Assembly: GCA_039621445.1 (NCBI GenBank)
Contig: CP154954.1
Coordinates: forward strand, 28,576,417-28,640,416
Length of the DNA: 64,000 bases
Direction of reading: 5' to 3'
DNA from: Euglena gracilis
Lineage: Eukaryota
Shown here: positions 23,201 to 34,400 of the stretch, piece after piece
Position numbering within the stretch: position 1 is the stretch's first letter
How the letters are laid out: the number at the start of each line of letters is the position of its first letter
Translations under genes and position numbers: made by a program
The notes under the pieces: model-generated
What the model saw: the letters and a program-made list of their open reading frames with translations, nothing else
Database searches by the model: none
Told to the model about the DNA's origin: nothing

Positions 23201-23774
23201 GGTCTGATTCGTCGTCACTGCCATGCAGTGGAATCAGCTGTAAATTTTCTGGCCCTGCCACTGTGATGGGCCTTATGCATGTAATTAACCCCCTCTCCGA
23301 ATCAGAATCAGATTCTGATTCCTGTGTCGATTCTGAAAATCCTGAAGCCGATAAAGTTTCTGCAGCCTGAAAATTGTTTTCTGCCACAGATTCCATCATG
23401 ATTTGCAATGATGCCACAGGTTCTGAAAACTGGGCTGCAGAAAATTCAGTTTCCTTTTCGTTCTGAAAACAGCTTTCTGCCAAAGATCTCAGAAAATTTT
23501 CATCACAACCTGAAATTCGGACAGATCGGCCGGGAAACGAGCAGATTTCTGCAGATTCTTGTGAAAATTCACAGACCACTGGGTTGGTGAAACTGTCCTC
23601 GTGTACCATTCTGCTGGCACAGCCACCAGAACAAATCTCTGTGACCGTGTCGACCGTCTCTGAAAAATTTTCTTCTGACTGGGTCTGTGAAACAACCTTT
23701 GCTTGTGATGTCAGCCGAATCTGAAAACTTTGCACTGATTCTGCTGGCTGAGCCAGCGGAACAAATCTCAGCAA
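20205..23774 (-). CDS. Large Gag-like protein (26-aa repeats, coiled coil, capsid-like region)
   Basis: Position after PBS; APNFSGQPKDWSSFVRDWDQY; 78-bp repeats at ~22695-22940. True start probably the ATG at the LTR/PBS junction. Confidence 0.8.
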   Translation of the reverse strand: MLRFVPLAQPAESVQSFQIRLTSQAKVVSQTQSEENFSETVDTVTEICSGGCASRMVHEDSFTNPVVCEFSQESAEICSFPGRSVRISGCDENFLRSLAESCFQNEKETEFSAAQFSEPVASLQIMMESVAENNFQAAETLSASGFSESTQESESDSDSERGLITCIRPITVAGPENLQLIPLHGSDDESDPPAYESETEEEKQAENAIIQQMVMQRMKAAGMWPVNFSGFQRISVSSRDSSPGPEQKILCLTAQPEPLLLTQSSETQSAQPAAAQLQVFQPAQQFSAESSVSAIMGPAQMTSQVFQPAQQFSAGSSVSAIMGPAQMTSQVFQPAQQFSAGSSVPAIMGPSQMSGQVFQPTLTMSSNTGPAQVFRPIQPDFSQTQPQNLQPNTSFSAETGSENPENQHDVEMESGYGQSDDDWNNWGEEISCKIECLHGRLLVQEGKNPEKMAEILVGEAENRLNQALAMSNGQALNLVNEALGMHDQRVADHIAMVKREIQAELSSTVNDLLLQFQKNGEMVQNLAQCQRHLLSVEMERQFAEKVKKVEDGVNTFFEAQVEGLRKNERDFSQKLSFLEKSVGEMHMVVQQVGEKEKQQEIAVNQVKSAVGELSSDLEGRFGIIFQQCKGLGETECANFQAQAEKLKEFSQSLERESKALNDRLGRLENFLGRKDFPIEKVCDLINKSEETIRLEVQRELGLQTRKNLEVIISEMLQERLRLSEREGQFEKVRAEMENSMKQQVGVLLQQQCVELRKEQQERKKLQQKLDLFHAEFLVMKNQQAESAKSATVDLTKETGEKSAGNSEIEEFDLFGYNDLPAIEKNPVKIEGYEYAEPGSHATHVRQVCARPVGAVPAGAGLVSSNAVATHQLMKNLVAPNFSGQPKDWSSFVRDWDQYFRTLVILQNGHMSDSLKLQLFAMTLDDTNKKELQFRLELNGKTSFEEEFDRLEGKYAGTQSECARKKWYDVNLVNQGKITVQEWRDFVINFRIAWRQVKSATDDEAERLVKGKLPNFILHWVADEEERKSTCGPKVKMYPGVPATEENIICAVERVTGEKPCKVSKVSPLEFEVFLPNTTICDKLKEVSGKPITGTDKRIKIVEEQPKMGVEEIFRFVERKLSSRDSQDMIHSSREPNAFGNRRARSAKADRAKGSRTPSPTRSAKGSKRWQNRPLENQIHRWQLLRPMQT

Positions 23775-23824
23775 TAACGTTCACCGAATCTGAAAAAACC
23801 TCACTGACGAAGTCAGTGAGCCGA

Positions 23825-23837
23825 CCTCTGCTAACCA
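23825..23837 (-). promoter_or_regulatory. Primer-binding site, tRNA-iMet-like with one extra base
   Basis: TGGTTAGCAGAGG directly after the 5' LTR. Confidence 0.75.
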
Positions 23838-24633
23838 TGTTCACCGGCCCCACCCCCTGAGCGCCGCCGGTCGCCCCCGCGACCGGCGAGTCCCGGTGGG
23901 CCGAGGGCCCGGGGGGGTCCTCGCCGTCGTGGCAAACCACCGACAGCCGGGGGGTGGGTGTTTCCGGGGAGGGGCCTGCGCTTTCTCCGGGGGTTGGTGG
24001 GCTCAAGTCAACCCCCGTTTTTTCACCCAGGTGGTTTCCCCAACCCCAGCCGGTGCGTAGGATCGTTTTTTTAGCGGTTTCCGAAATTTTGCTCAAAATC
24101 GAAAAATCTGCCATTTGCATTGCAAATCTCACTTCTCTCTCTCACACACACACCTTGATGGCAAACCAACCCAAAGACCAACCACAAACCAACCCACTTT
24201 GGGACTTTGAGACCTTGGATTGAGAAACCGAAACTGTGAAATGTCCAAATGGAATGTGACAAACCTGGGGTAAGGAGTGGTCGTCGGGGGTGAAAGCGGA
24301 GGCGAAGGTGAAGATATAGGAGGGTGGGCGGTGGTGTTAAAGGCTCCTTCAATTCAATTGACTTCAATGAATCAATGACCAACAATGAAACTCAACCTGC
24401 CACTCCAAATCAAAGTCCAATTGCCAAATTCAATACAATAGTATTCCTTCTTGCCAAATATTGGGGAAAACCCCTCAAGTTCTGTGAAAAATGACAAATT
24501 TGAAAGCGCAAACTAATTTGACCCGCTTCCAATTTAAGTCGCGGGTTTTTTTAACTGGTTGGCTGTTACCCGCGACTTTGAAATTTGCGCTTTCTGGCAA
24601 TTTTTGGCTGCCGGCGAAAGCCGGCGGCCGACA
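23838..24633 (-). repeat. 5' LTR of Gypsy-1
   Basis: Direct repeat of 12533-13324. Confidence 0.95.
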
Positions 24634-26740
24634 CCCCCCCCCCACCGTCAACCAGCGGGGAGGGTCACGGGTTAAAAATTCCTGGCCGCAAAACTGAAAT
24701 CCCCGTTCGATGAAAAAAAATGGGAAAATGGAAATTTGATCAAACCCCGTCACAATCTGGGGTGTGACCAAAAACTGTCACGGTCACAAAATGATGCATT
24801 CCTGTCCCCACCCAAACGTCTCACAGGGTATCCAATTTTCTGAGTCAAAAAATTCCAACCGTAAAGCCAAAACTGATTTTGATCCAGCACACCAACAAAA
24901 AAACAGAGCTCAACACAGCCCCCCCCCCCCAGCTGCACGAGGAGGGAGAAAAAATGGCTCCAAACCACATGCAAAATCCTGAGGCCCAAAAACATGAAAA
25001 ATCTGATTCAGCGCTGTGGGAGCAGCCAACCTGGGCCTGGACCTGGGCTTTGGCCGTGCATCGGGCCACTGCCCACTGCAGGCTCTGTGAGGTCATTAAG
25101 CTTCTCTCCCCCAGCACTTCAGTAAAATAAATGCATCCACCACAAATTTTGTATGAAAATGCACAGCGATGTTCGCTTCAAAATGTATCCACCATACAAT
25201 TCACAATTCGTAATCATGACAATCGTAATCATGTGATTAAATTGGGTCTCATAAATGTCATTGAAATCTGTTCACCATCTCATTGAACTGTCATCATGTC
25301 ATCATCCCAGTCTTTGAAGTCGATTCTTTGCAAACTGTTGAAATCCTTGAATTCAATAAATCCAATCAAATTCCTTGATGACTTGTCTGCTTTAGATCTC
25401 AATGTTATTCAATGTCAATGTAATCATCATTGTCCCAGTCAACAAACTTGAACTTGTTGAACAAATCAACCTTGAAATTTTCAAATTCTTTTGCGTTGAT
25501 TCTCTTCGGAGCTTCTGATTGCTTGAACCTGCATGACGAAGACACACACACGGCACAAAATTCAGCGCTGGCACCACGGAAGGCAGATTTCTGAATTTCC
25601 ACACTGAAAAACCACTGAACTCTGAACCAGAACGGCACTTAAAAATCTGATCTTGATCTATCAAATGGGTCACACGAAAACTGTATAAGCAAGTCTCAAA
25701 CTGCAAAAATTGCCTTTGGAATTTTTCATTGTGAGGCGTCCCCCACTTCTGAGTTTTTTTCCCATAACCAAACTCCACAGCCGAAAAAAAAGAAAGTGTC
25801 ACCCACAGATCAACAGATTTTTCACTGAAAACTGAACCAAATGATGATGATGCCACTGATGGGCCCAAAAAATGAATTTTACTCAGGGGTGTCTTTTCCT
25901 CCTGGGTTAATCCACCTTGGTTCCCACTTGGACTGAAAATTGAAAACTGTTTCCTGAGCCCTTAGATGGGTGGCCACAGGGGTGTTTATTCCTTGCCTGT
26001 GTCTAGCCCCACCCTCGGAACCCCTCTTTGCGCGCTTTCCCAAAAACTTTTTGGTTCGAGTGGTCCATCAGAGGTCCCCCCTCCTCAGGATTTGGCAAAA
26101 ACCCAGATAAAACCTCCACAGGCCTGCTGGGCTGCCACACTCGAAAACCACAATGAAACTGGACTGAAAAATCCCAAAAAACTGTGCCGATTCTCCAACG
26201 TATGTCCCTGTCCGGGGGTAAAGTTTCTCTCTGAAAAACTGTCCCGTGACAAAAGGGACCAGCAAAAACACAAACAATGATCCCACCTGAAATGCCTGAT
26301 TTGTCCCCGTCAGGGATGGTGACACATGCCAACGTGCCCCACCCCAAAATGACATTCGGGACAAGAACCGAAAACTGAAAACTCTGAAACTGAAAATGAA
26401 AGATCATTGATCTGGCTGCCTGAACACTAGGAGAAATTCCCAAGCATCGTGGCTGGGCGTCTCCGTTTAAGTGGAAAGCAACTGGGGAAAAAACATATAC
26501 CCCAGAAACCAGATTCAAAAAATGTTTGACTTGGCTGTTTTTTCATACGCCAAACTCTGTGAACTGAAAATCCAGATTTAAATTCTGGCTGATTGCGCAT
26601 CTGCCTCCAACACCAGATCACCATGAGAAGTGTGAAACAACAATCACAAAGCCACAAACAAACCACAAAAACACATTGATGCCTGTAAAATGCTGTGCGG
26701 TGCCAGTCAGTGGTTAGACCTGTGAAAAGACCTCAAAAAA

Positions 26741-27823
26741 TCACCACCACCACTGATGCAGTGGATACCAGCCCCAGCTGTTCCAGGGATTTAAATGCCA
26801 GTCCCAACCCCACCAATCTTGAAACCAACGTGGTCTCAAAAACTGAAAGTCGTTCCAACTGCTTTTGGCTGGCCTCCAGAATTTTTTTGTCTGTCTGAAT
26901 TTCCTTGGCTGCGTGGCAAAATCTGAGGAAGATTTTTCAGAAGACACTGATGACGGCTGTAGATTTGTGACATGTCCAGAATTCAGGTTCACGGACACAA
27001 AATTTTCTGGACTTGGTGGTTTTATTTCACTGGGCTGTAACTTGTCAGCGATTCGTAGTTCAAACGTTTTCAGCCGTTCCTCCAGAACCTTTTCTTCACT
27101 CTCCAGCCGTTTTGACAGAGCCTCGCCCTTCTCACACAGGGACTGGATGCTTTCAGAAAAACGGTGTTCAATTTCACTGCAAGTTCGTGTCAAAAAGTCA
27201 TGAAAACCATCTGCCAAATTTCTCAGACGGGTTTCAATTTCAGCCATCCGTCCCTCCAAGTGGCTGGACTCACTTTGGCTGGGCACTTCCTCCAGTTTCG
27301 TCAGCCTCTCGTTCAGAGAGAAAGTGTTTGAAAACATTTCTGTGATACCTGCCTCAACTTTTTGCCACCACTCATCCCAAGAGTAATTAAAAGTTTCAGG
27401 TTTTGTGACCTCTGAAGTTTCCACACTGTCTGATTTGACACTCAGCTGTCCGGATTCAGATTCACACCGCACAACTCTCATTTGCAAAACATTTGGACAA
27501 GGGCCAAAACTTTCTTGTTTAACTTCAGGTTCTCCTGGCAGTGAGCTTGTTGGGCTTACCCCTGACGGTTTACAAGATTGACATGGAGAAGGTGAGTCAG
27601 GGCCATGAGAATGTCCAATGGCTGCTTCACATCTGAGTTTCCAAAACTACCTCTGAGACGCCAGAAGTCCAGCCTCCCTTTTTCTTTGTTCCTCTGTTTG
27701 GGTATCACTGAATTCAATTCCCAACAATTTGAATTGGTCACAGTATTCTTTGATTTCTTTTTCATCAACGGAATCTAAAAATTCTTCACTGACAGAGTCA
27801 GTGAAGCCACCTCTGCGTACCAT
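26741..27823 (-). pseudogene. Gag N-terminal/coiled-coil remnant of family 2
   Basis: Starts MVRRGGFTDSVSEEFLDSVD, similar to Gypsy-1 MVSRGRLTDFVSEVFSDSVN; heptad-rich ORF 26741..27487. Confidence 0.6.
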
Positions 27824-28437
27824 GTTGGGGGTCCGGGAGGACCCTGCTCGCCTGGGGGGGCTGCTTTCGCTGGGGCGACAAATTCCCTTTTCTGGCCCTG
27901 GTGGGCTCAGGCCAGGGCCTTTGGCAAGTTGGGCCCCGATTTCAATTAAATCCACAGGCGGTAATGGGGGTGAGGTGTGCCCCCCCGACCCGGGGTCTCC
28001 AGTTGCCCCGCGTAGGATCTTTTTTTGCCACCATTGTTGGTTTTCCCCATTTCCAACTTGAACTTTTCAACTGAAAGGCTGAAGCAACAAAGACAAACCA
28101 ACCCACCTACTTAGGTGAGCAAATCAGCAGCACAAGACAAACCTTGCTGAGAGGATGGGCAGGTACCTTGTGTTCACCTGCTGTTGGTGGGTAGGGACAA
28201 GTTGGAAAGCAATGCCTTGATTTCTTGAAAGAATTGAATTGATCCTTTTGATTGTTCAACGCTCAGGTGACTTTTCTGCTTCTGTGATTCTCAAATCGAA
28301 TTCTCAAATTCTTCCCGGAATTTGCTGGGGTTCCAATTCAACTCGCGTGGCGGTTGACTTGCTTTGGTTATTCCTACCGGGGGTTTTTGGGAATTTTCTG
28401 GGAAATTTTTGGCTGCAGACGCCAGCGGCAGCCGACA
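27823..28437 (-). repeat. 5' LTR of family 2
   Basis: Direct repeat of 10377-10991; followed on minus strand by PBS TGGTACGCAGAGG. Confidence 0.93.
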
Positions 28438-28486
28438 CACTGTTCGAAAAATGCCAGAAGGGAGCAAGATGGAGCACAAAAAAAAA

Positions 28487-31400
28487 TAAGGTAAGGAGGT
28501 CAGCAAATAGTTCGCACACGCCCCCCATGCCGGAGGACGCGGCGCCACAGGCACAGGACGAAACGGCATCACACCACAAAACAAAATGGCCTTACTGTTT
28601 TTCAAGCACCGATGTTCAACACGAACTGTCCACAAAAAGGTTCAGAACGACAAATGTCAACACAGAGGAAGGTAAAATAGGTTACTTCCGACTTTCACCG
28701 TGGTCCCTTCGCTTCGTGGTTGGCTTGCCATTCAAAGAAAGCAATCAAAGGTTAGACAACAATCCACCCATGGCGAGGAGGGTTGGTGTCTCCTGAGCCG
28801 AAAAACCATCCAAAAGGCCCCCCTGGGGGGCATGACTTTCCTCCCGCGTGACTGAAATCATGATCAAAACATTTGGGGGAAGGCCAGGCTGTCTCTTGAT
28901 ATGCCAACCGCCATTCACATTCTACAACGTTGCCACACATTCCCATGTGCCTGGTGTAGGATCGATTGTAAAGTGTGATCCACGCAATAATTCTTGAAAA
29001 CCTCATTCATTCTGCCTCCTGGTTGCACAAACGAAGCCACAGGCTCCCATGTACTGCTGCTTGCCAGAGAATTCTCCAACCAAACCAAAAATTTCCATCC
29101 CCCTTGGCACTTCTGCTTCAACATCTTGTAAACATTGTATAAACCCAGTTGTGCTTGTTATCCTTCTGACATCCGAAGGGAGGGTCCCCTCCCTGGTCTG
29201 GCATGGGGGTGTCACCCTCCACTGGGTCTCCCACAACCACATCACCGGTCAAAAGGCCTGGATCTTCTTCCAAAAGATTTTCTTCATTCAAAGCAATCTC
29301 CCACTTTTTGTACAAACCGAAAGAAACTTCAATGACCCCTCCCAAAGGTGCACTGCTTGCAATTTGCACTGAATTGAACCTCGATTTGAGAACTCGCCTG
29401 GGGGGGGGAAGCTTGGGCCATGATTTGTTTGGCCATCTTTTGTTGTGAACCAAAACACAGTCATCTTCTTGTATTTTTGCTAGTACCCTCCCTTTGTTGG
29501 CAATCTCAAAATCTTTTTTTCTCAATTCTTTCAATCTCTGGGAAAGTCTGTCTTGAATTTCAATTTGGGTCAAAAGCCAGGAATGGGTTTCTGGGTTTGT
29601 CACCGGTTCTGGGGGTAATTCAAACCTTCAAGCTGGTGTTCCTAAAAACATTTCATGGGGTGACAACATTGTTGTGCGGGAAATATGTGAATTCATCAAA
29701 AATGTACAATAGGGAATCAGTTGAACCTAATTTTTGTCCTTGGAAGGAGGGCTCAAAGCTCTCATGTTCTGCAAAAACATTTTGTTGACATTTTCAACCA
29801 AACCGTTTGAACTGGTGTTCCGGGGTAGCGAAAACGATAATTTCACGTCTAGAGCTTGAAACACTGTCGGGTAAAAACCACTGAGCTGTCTGAATGGCAC
29901 GTCGTTGTCAGACCTCACAACGGACGGTATTCCAAAAACATAAATCCACCGGTCTAAAATAAGCCTCAAAACACCTTCTCCAGTTACCGTTTTCTGTGTG
30001 GGGATGAATTGGCAAAAATGGGACAAATTGTCGACCAAAATAAGCACGTAGTCAAAACCATTGTAGGGGTCCATTTGCACAAAGTCCGAACACAAAACTT
30101 CATTGCTCACTGTTGGAATCAGTAAAGAACCCACCTTTCCTTGGTCACTGGGGCGGTTTTGTTTTGAAAGGGTGCAAATTTCACAGGTCATCACAGTGGC
30201 CTTGCAAATTTCCAGCATGTCTTTCTTGGAAACCTCGGACTGAAAATGACTCTTAGAAACAACACTGTCCTTTCAGCACCAACATGGTTGCTTGCCTTGT
30301 GACATTCATCCAACGAACCTTCAACAAATGAGACGGAACAACCAACTTTCCTTGACAGTACCTGGCCTTTTCAGGTCTGGACCGAACTCGTTGTCGATGT
30401 AACAGGGTTTTGAAACCTCCACTTTTTCCCACAATCCTTCAGCTCTGAATTCAAATAATCCTTTTCTGACACTTGCACTCTGTGGTACAAACTGAAAATC
30501 TTTTGCAAAAACAGGTCAAGCTGCACATCCATTTTCTGAAAAGCATTCCTTGCTTCTTCCTCAAAACGAATTTCAAATTTGTTGTCAAAATCAGCACGAG
30601 ACAAAAAATCACACAATTCATTTTTGCAACCTGCCACATGAACGATATTCAGTTTGAACTGGTGCAAAAACACATACATCCTTCTCAGCCTTTTGTTGAG
30701 GTGGGGTTCACCCTTTAGAAAAGAGGTGGCTGCCTCATTGTCCGTCATCCACACAATTGGCAGATTTTGCAAAATCCTTGTTTGTGAAGCAATGGTCGGC
30801 TCACCACTCAAAATTTCCTTTTCCCAGGTGGCGTATTTTTCTCTCGCCTCACTCCATTTCCAGTTCTAGTGTCCCAAGGGCACCAACCTCATTTCACTGG
30901 GGTAATTGTTTTTCAGGGTCCCATCCACCTTCACACCACTTGTTCTCAAATTCTCAGGAATTTGTGTTTGTTGGAGATTTTGCCACTGAAACAAAGCAGA
31001 ACCACCCCCAAATCCGAACTGTCAGTCACCAAAACAATCTCTCCTGAACTCCTGGGGGTACCCAAAACATCAAGGGATGATAATTTCCTTTTCAAAGCAT
31101 TCAAACAACTCTCCTCCTTTTCAGTCCACCTCCCTTTCACATTCTTTTTCAGAAGATCTGTCAGTGGGGCTGAGTCAAAGTAAAACCTTTTACGTGTCTG
31201 CGGTAGAAATTCATGGCTCCCAAAATTCGCCTCTAATCCCTTTTATTCTGAACTCGAAAACTCAGAATTGGTTCAGTGTGAGTCATGGCCAGTTTCCCCC
31301 CCCCAGGACCCCCCAGGACCCCACCCCCCCAGGACCCCACCCCCCCAGGACCCCCCCAGTACCCCCCCAGGACCCCCCCACGACCCCCCAGCACCCCCCC

Positions 31401-34400
31401 CGGACCCCCCCAGGACCCCCCCAGGACCCCCCCAGGCCCCCCCAGGACCCCCCCAACCCCCCCCAGGACCCCCCCAGGACCCCCCCAGGACCCCCCCAGG
31501 CCCCCCCCAGGACCCCCCCAGGACCCCCCCAGGACCCCCCCAGGACCACCTCAGGACCCCCAGCGAGTCCTACCAAAACCAAATCAAAAGAAACTAACAA
31601 AACCCCTGTTTCACGACAGGCTGACCCTGTGTAGGGTGGACGGGTGATGACTCATTTGGGACGCACAGCCATTCTCCAATTCATACGTTGCAGTGTGCCG
31701 CACTCGTGCTGCTTGTCGTCGTTGAACTCAGCTTCCACTGGCAAGCAGCGCGCCATGAACATCACACACCATGAGTGGTGGTGCTATTGTTCGTGGACCA
31801 CCCGTCCGGGACAAGGCTGTCACGAGGCCTCGACAGCATGGCCTCGCCCGCCTCCTCCACAAACACGCTGCCGGACAGCCGGGACATCCAGTCCTGCCAC
31901 CCCAGCAGGGCCAAGGAGATGGTTCGCTGGTACTACGACGGCGGTCTTCCGGGACTGATCAGTCGCTCCAGGTGCATCAGCTCCCGTGGATCCGGAGCAT
32001 AGCTTGGAGGTGCCCCCATCCCCGTCCGGTTTTGAACCCGTGTCCCTCGCATGGGCACCGCAGCCGGGGACCACTTGGCCAGGGGGCGGGGGCAATGGTT
32101 GTATGTGCCGTTCACTCCCCTTTCCGCCCCGGGCGGCGGTGGTGCCGTGCTTGTTGCGTCAGAAAGTAAGCAGGCCAGAAAACTCAGCTTAATCATAATC
32201 CGGGTCCCGGCTGTTGCGGCAGACCCGTGCGAATTCGGCCTGGAAGCCCTCCCGGCCCGCCCGTCTGACCACCTTGGTCCCGGCAGGACAGGTGCCGAGA
32301 CAGAAGAAACACCACTCCTCGGCGTCGCACAGGCCCCGCCACACGCCACAGTACCCACTGACCGTGGAGTTCCGGGCGCCTTCGGCGCCCGCTACCGGGG
32401 GGGGCTCCCGCCCCCCCCGGACCCCCCCAGGCTTCAAAAAAACCTCATTGTGCAGCAAAATTTTTGCCAAAAAGGAGCAGGACCGCCCCCCAACAACCCA
32501 CGGATGCTCACTCTGGCCCCGGGAGGGCAGGTGCCGAGTAAGGCAGAGAAAACACCACTCCTCGGCGTCGCACGTGCCCCCCCGCACGCCACAGTACCCA
32601 CTGACCGTGGAGTTCCGCGCGCCTTCGGCGCCCGCTACCGGGCGGGGCTCCCCCCCCCCCCCCCGCCCCCCCGGGTTTCAAAATAACCTCATATTGTCCT
32701 GCAAAATTTTTGCCAAAAAGTAGCAGGACACCCACAGGGACCACCCCATGACCATCCCAGGACCCCCCCAACACCCCCCCAGGACCCCCCCAAGACCCCC
32801 CCCAGGACCCCCCCAACGCCCCCCCAGGACCCCCCCAGGACCCCCCAGGACCCCCCCAACGCCCCCCCAGGACCCCCCCAGGACCCCCCCAGGACCACCC
32901 CAGGCCCCCCCCCACCCCCCCCCAGGACCCCCCCCAGGACTCCCCCAGGACCCCCCCAGGACCCCCCCAGGACCCCCCCAGGACCCCCCAGGACTGAGTC
33001 CTGGGGGGGAAAACTGGCCATAAGTGTTCAGTGTTCCTCTTGTTTGCCTGCCACATTCCCCATCCCAACGAGAATTCCAAGTAGTCAATAGTCTGATTCA
33101 GAAAAGAACATTTGCTCAATTTGATTCTCACTTGGTTCTTTCTGCAAACTTCAAACCTCTTTTCCAAAAGATGCAAATGGTCCTCCTCAGAGTTTGCACG
33201 AACCCCTGTGTCATCAAAAAAAGAAGCCAGGTGTCCATCTTTCAAAATCTCTCTTACCCTCAAATCCGTTTTGCACTGGGAGGTTAGGATTTCCATCAAC
33301 TCCTGAAAGATCCCTGGGGCATTCATCAACCCAAACATCATATTTTTGGACGAAAACACCTCCCTGAAGGAATGCAAAATGCAGACAAATTTGCTGATCT
33401 TTTTGTGATTGGGATTTGCTAATACCCACTCCTCATGTCCAGGGTACTTTTAAACCGACACTTGGCCAAACTTTCAATCAGAATTTCCATGTTTGGCAAA
33501 AAACCTGCATGTGCTTTGCTTCTGGAATTCAATTTTCCATAATTAATGACCATCGTTCTGGTACTTGACCCTTTTTTGTCCACCAAAAATGTGGGGCTGC
33601 ACACCTGGGGAATTTCACCAAAGGGGAATTGCTCAATCAACCCTGACTTTAGCAATTCTTCACACTGAAGGTCTAATTCTTTTTCATCCTCCTGGGGCAT
33701 GTGCCAACACTTTTGCCTTAGGTGTTTCCCTTCCCATTCAGGTTTCAGCTCAATGTCCATCAAAACAGGCAGGGGGGAAGACTCACAAATTGTGGGCAAT
33801 CGTCCAAAAACATCAGAAAGGTTCACCAAAAGCTCATACAAGATGGGGTGGTCTCTGACTTTCTCAACTTCCTTCTCAAATTATCCACTCAGATTCTCAG
33901 TAAACATTTTGCTGCCTTTTTCATCAGCCTTTTTCTGAGCCTCCAAAGTCCAAATCTTTCATGTAAAACTTGGGAAATGCTTTTGAGTTCATCCATCTTG
34001 ATTGTTGCCTTGAGATTCTTCACAGGTTTTGCAAACCGAACATCTTCCACAGGCTGGGACAGCTCACCTCCACATCTTTTCTCACCTCCTGAAAAAGACT
34101 TAGCTCACTTTCAATGTCCTTTGTCAATTCAGCAAAAAATTGATGTTTTCATGCTCACTCATCGGTTCAAACACCGCCACCACCACGTTGTCCAACGATT
34201 CTTTCACCTTTTTTTCTGATTCCGTGGGGGGAACACTCTCCAAAGGAAAACTTGGACTTTCAAAAACTTGCTTGTCTGCAGGTGGTTTGGCAGGTTGGTG
34301 TGCCTGCTGCTGCTGGGGGACGTCGGGAACCTCTGGGAAGTCAAATTGAATTTCATCCTCCACTGTGGGGTGCTTCCTGATCTCACCTCTCAGTTCATCC

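Larger units (their letters stand above)
12533..24633 (-). mobile_element. Ty3/Gypsy LTR retrotransposon with chromodomain and dual DNA methyltransferase (Gypsy-1)
   Basis: ~795-bp TG..CA LTRs, C-run target duplication, PBS, PPT; order gag-C5 MTase-N6 MTase-PR-RT-RH-IN-chromodomain. Confidence 0.95.
10377..28437 (-). mobile_element. Non-autonomous LTR retrotransposon (family 2, LARD-like) hosting the nested Gypsy-1
   Basis: 615-bp TG..CA LTRs, CACT target duplication (10373-10376, 28438-28441), PBS next to 27823, PPT next to 10991. No RT or integrase of its own seen. Confidence 0.88.

Noticed and set aside
31296-31563. Telomeric repeat
   Set aside because: Irregular ~11-bp unit, internal to a TSD-flanked element, unlike TTAGGG.
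31077-33088. Pro- or Gly-rich protein genes
   Set aside because: ORFs arise from stop-free C-rich tandem repeats; same for His-Thr/Cys-Val ORFs over the (AC)n tract.
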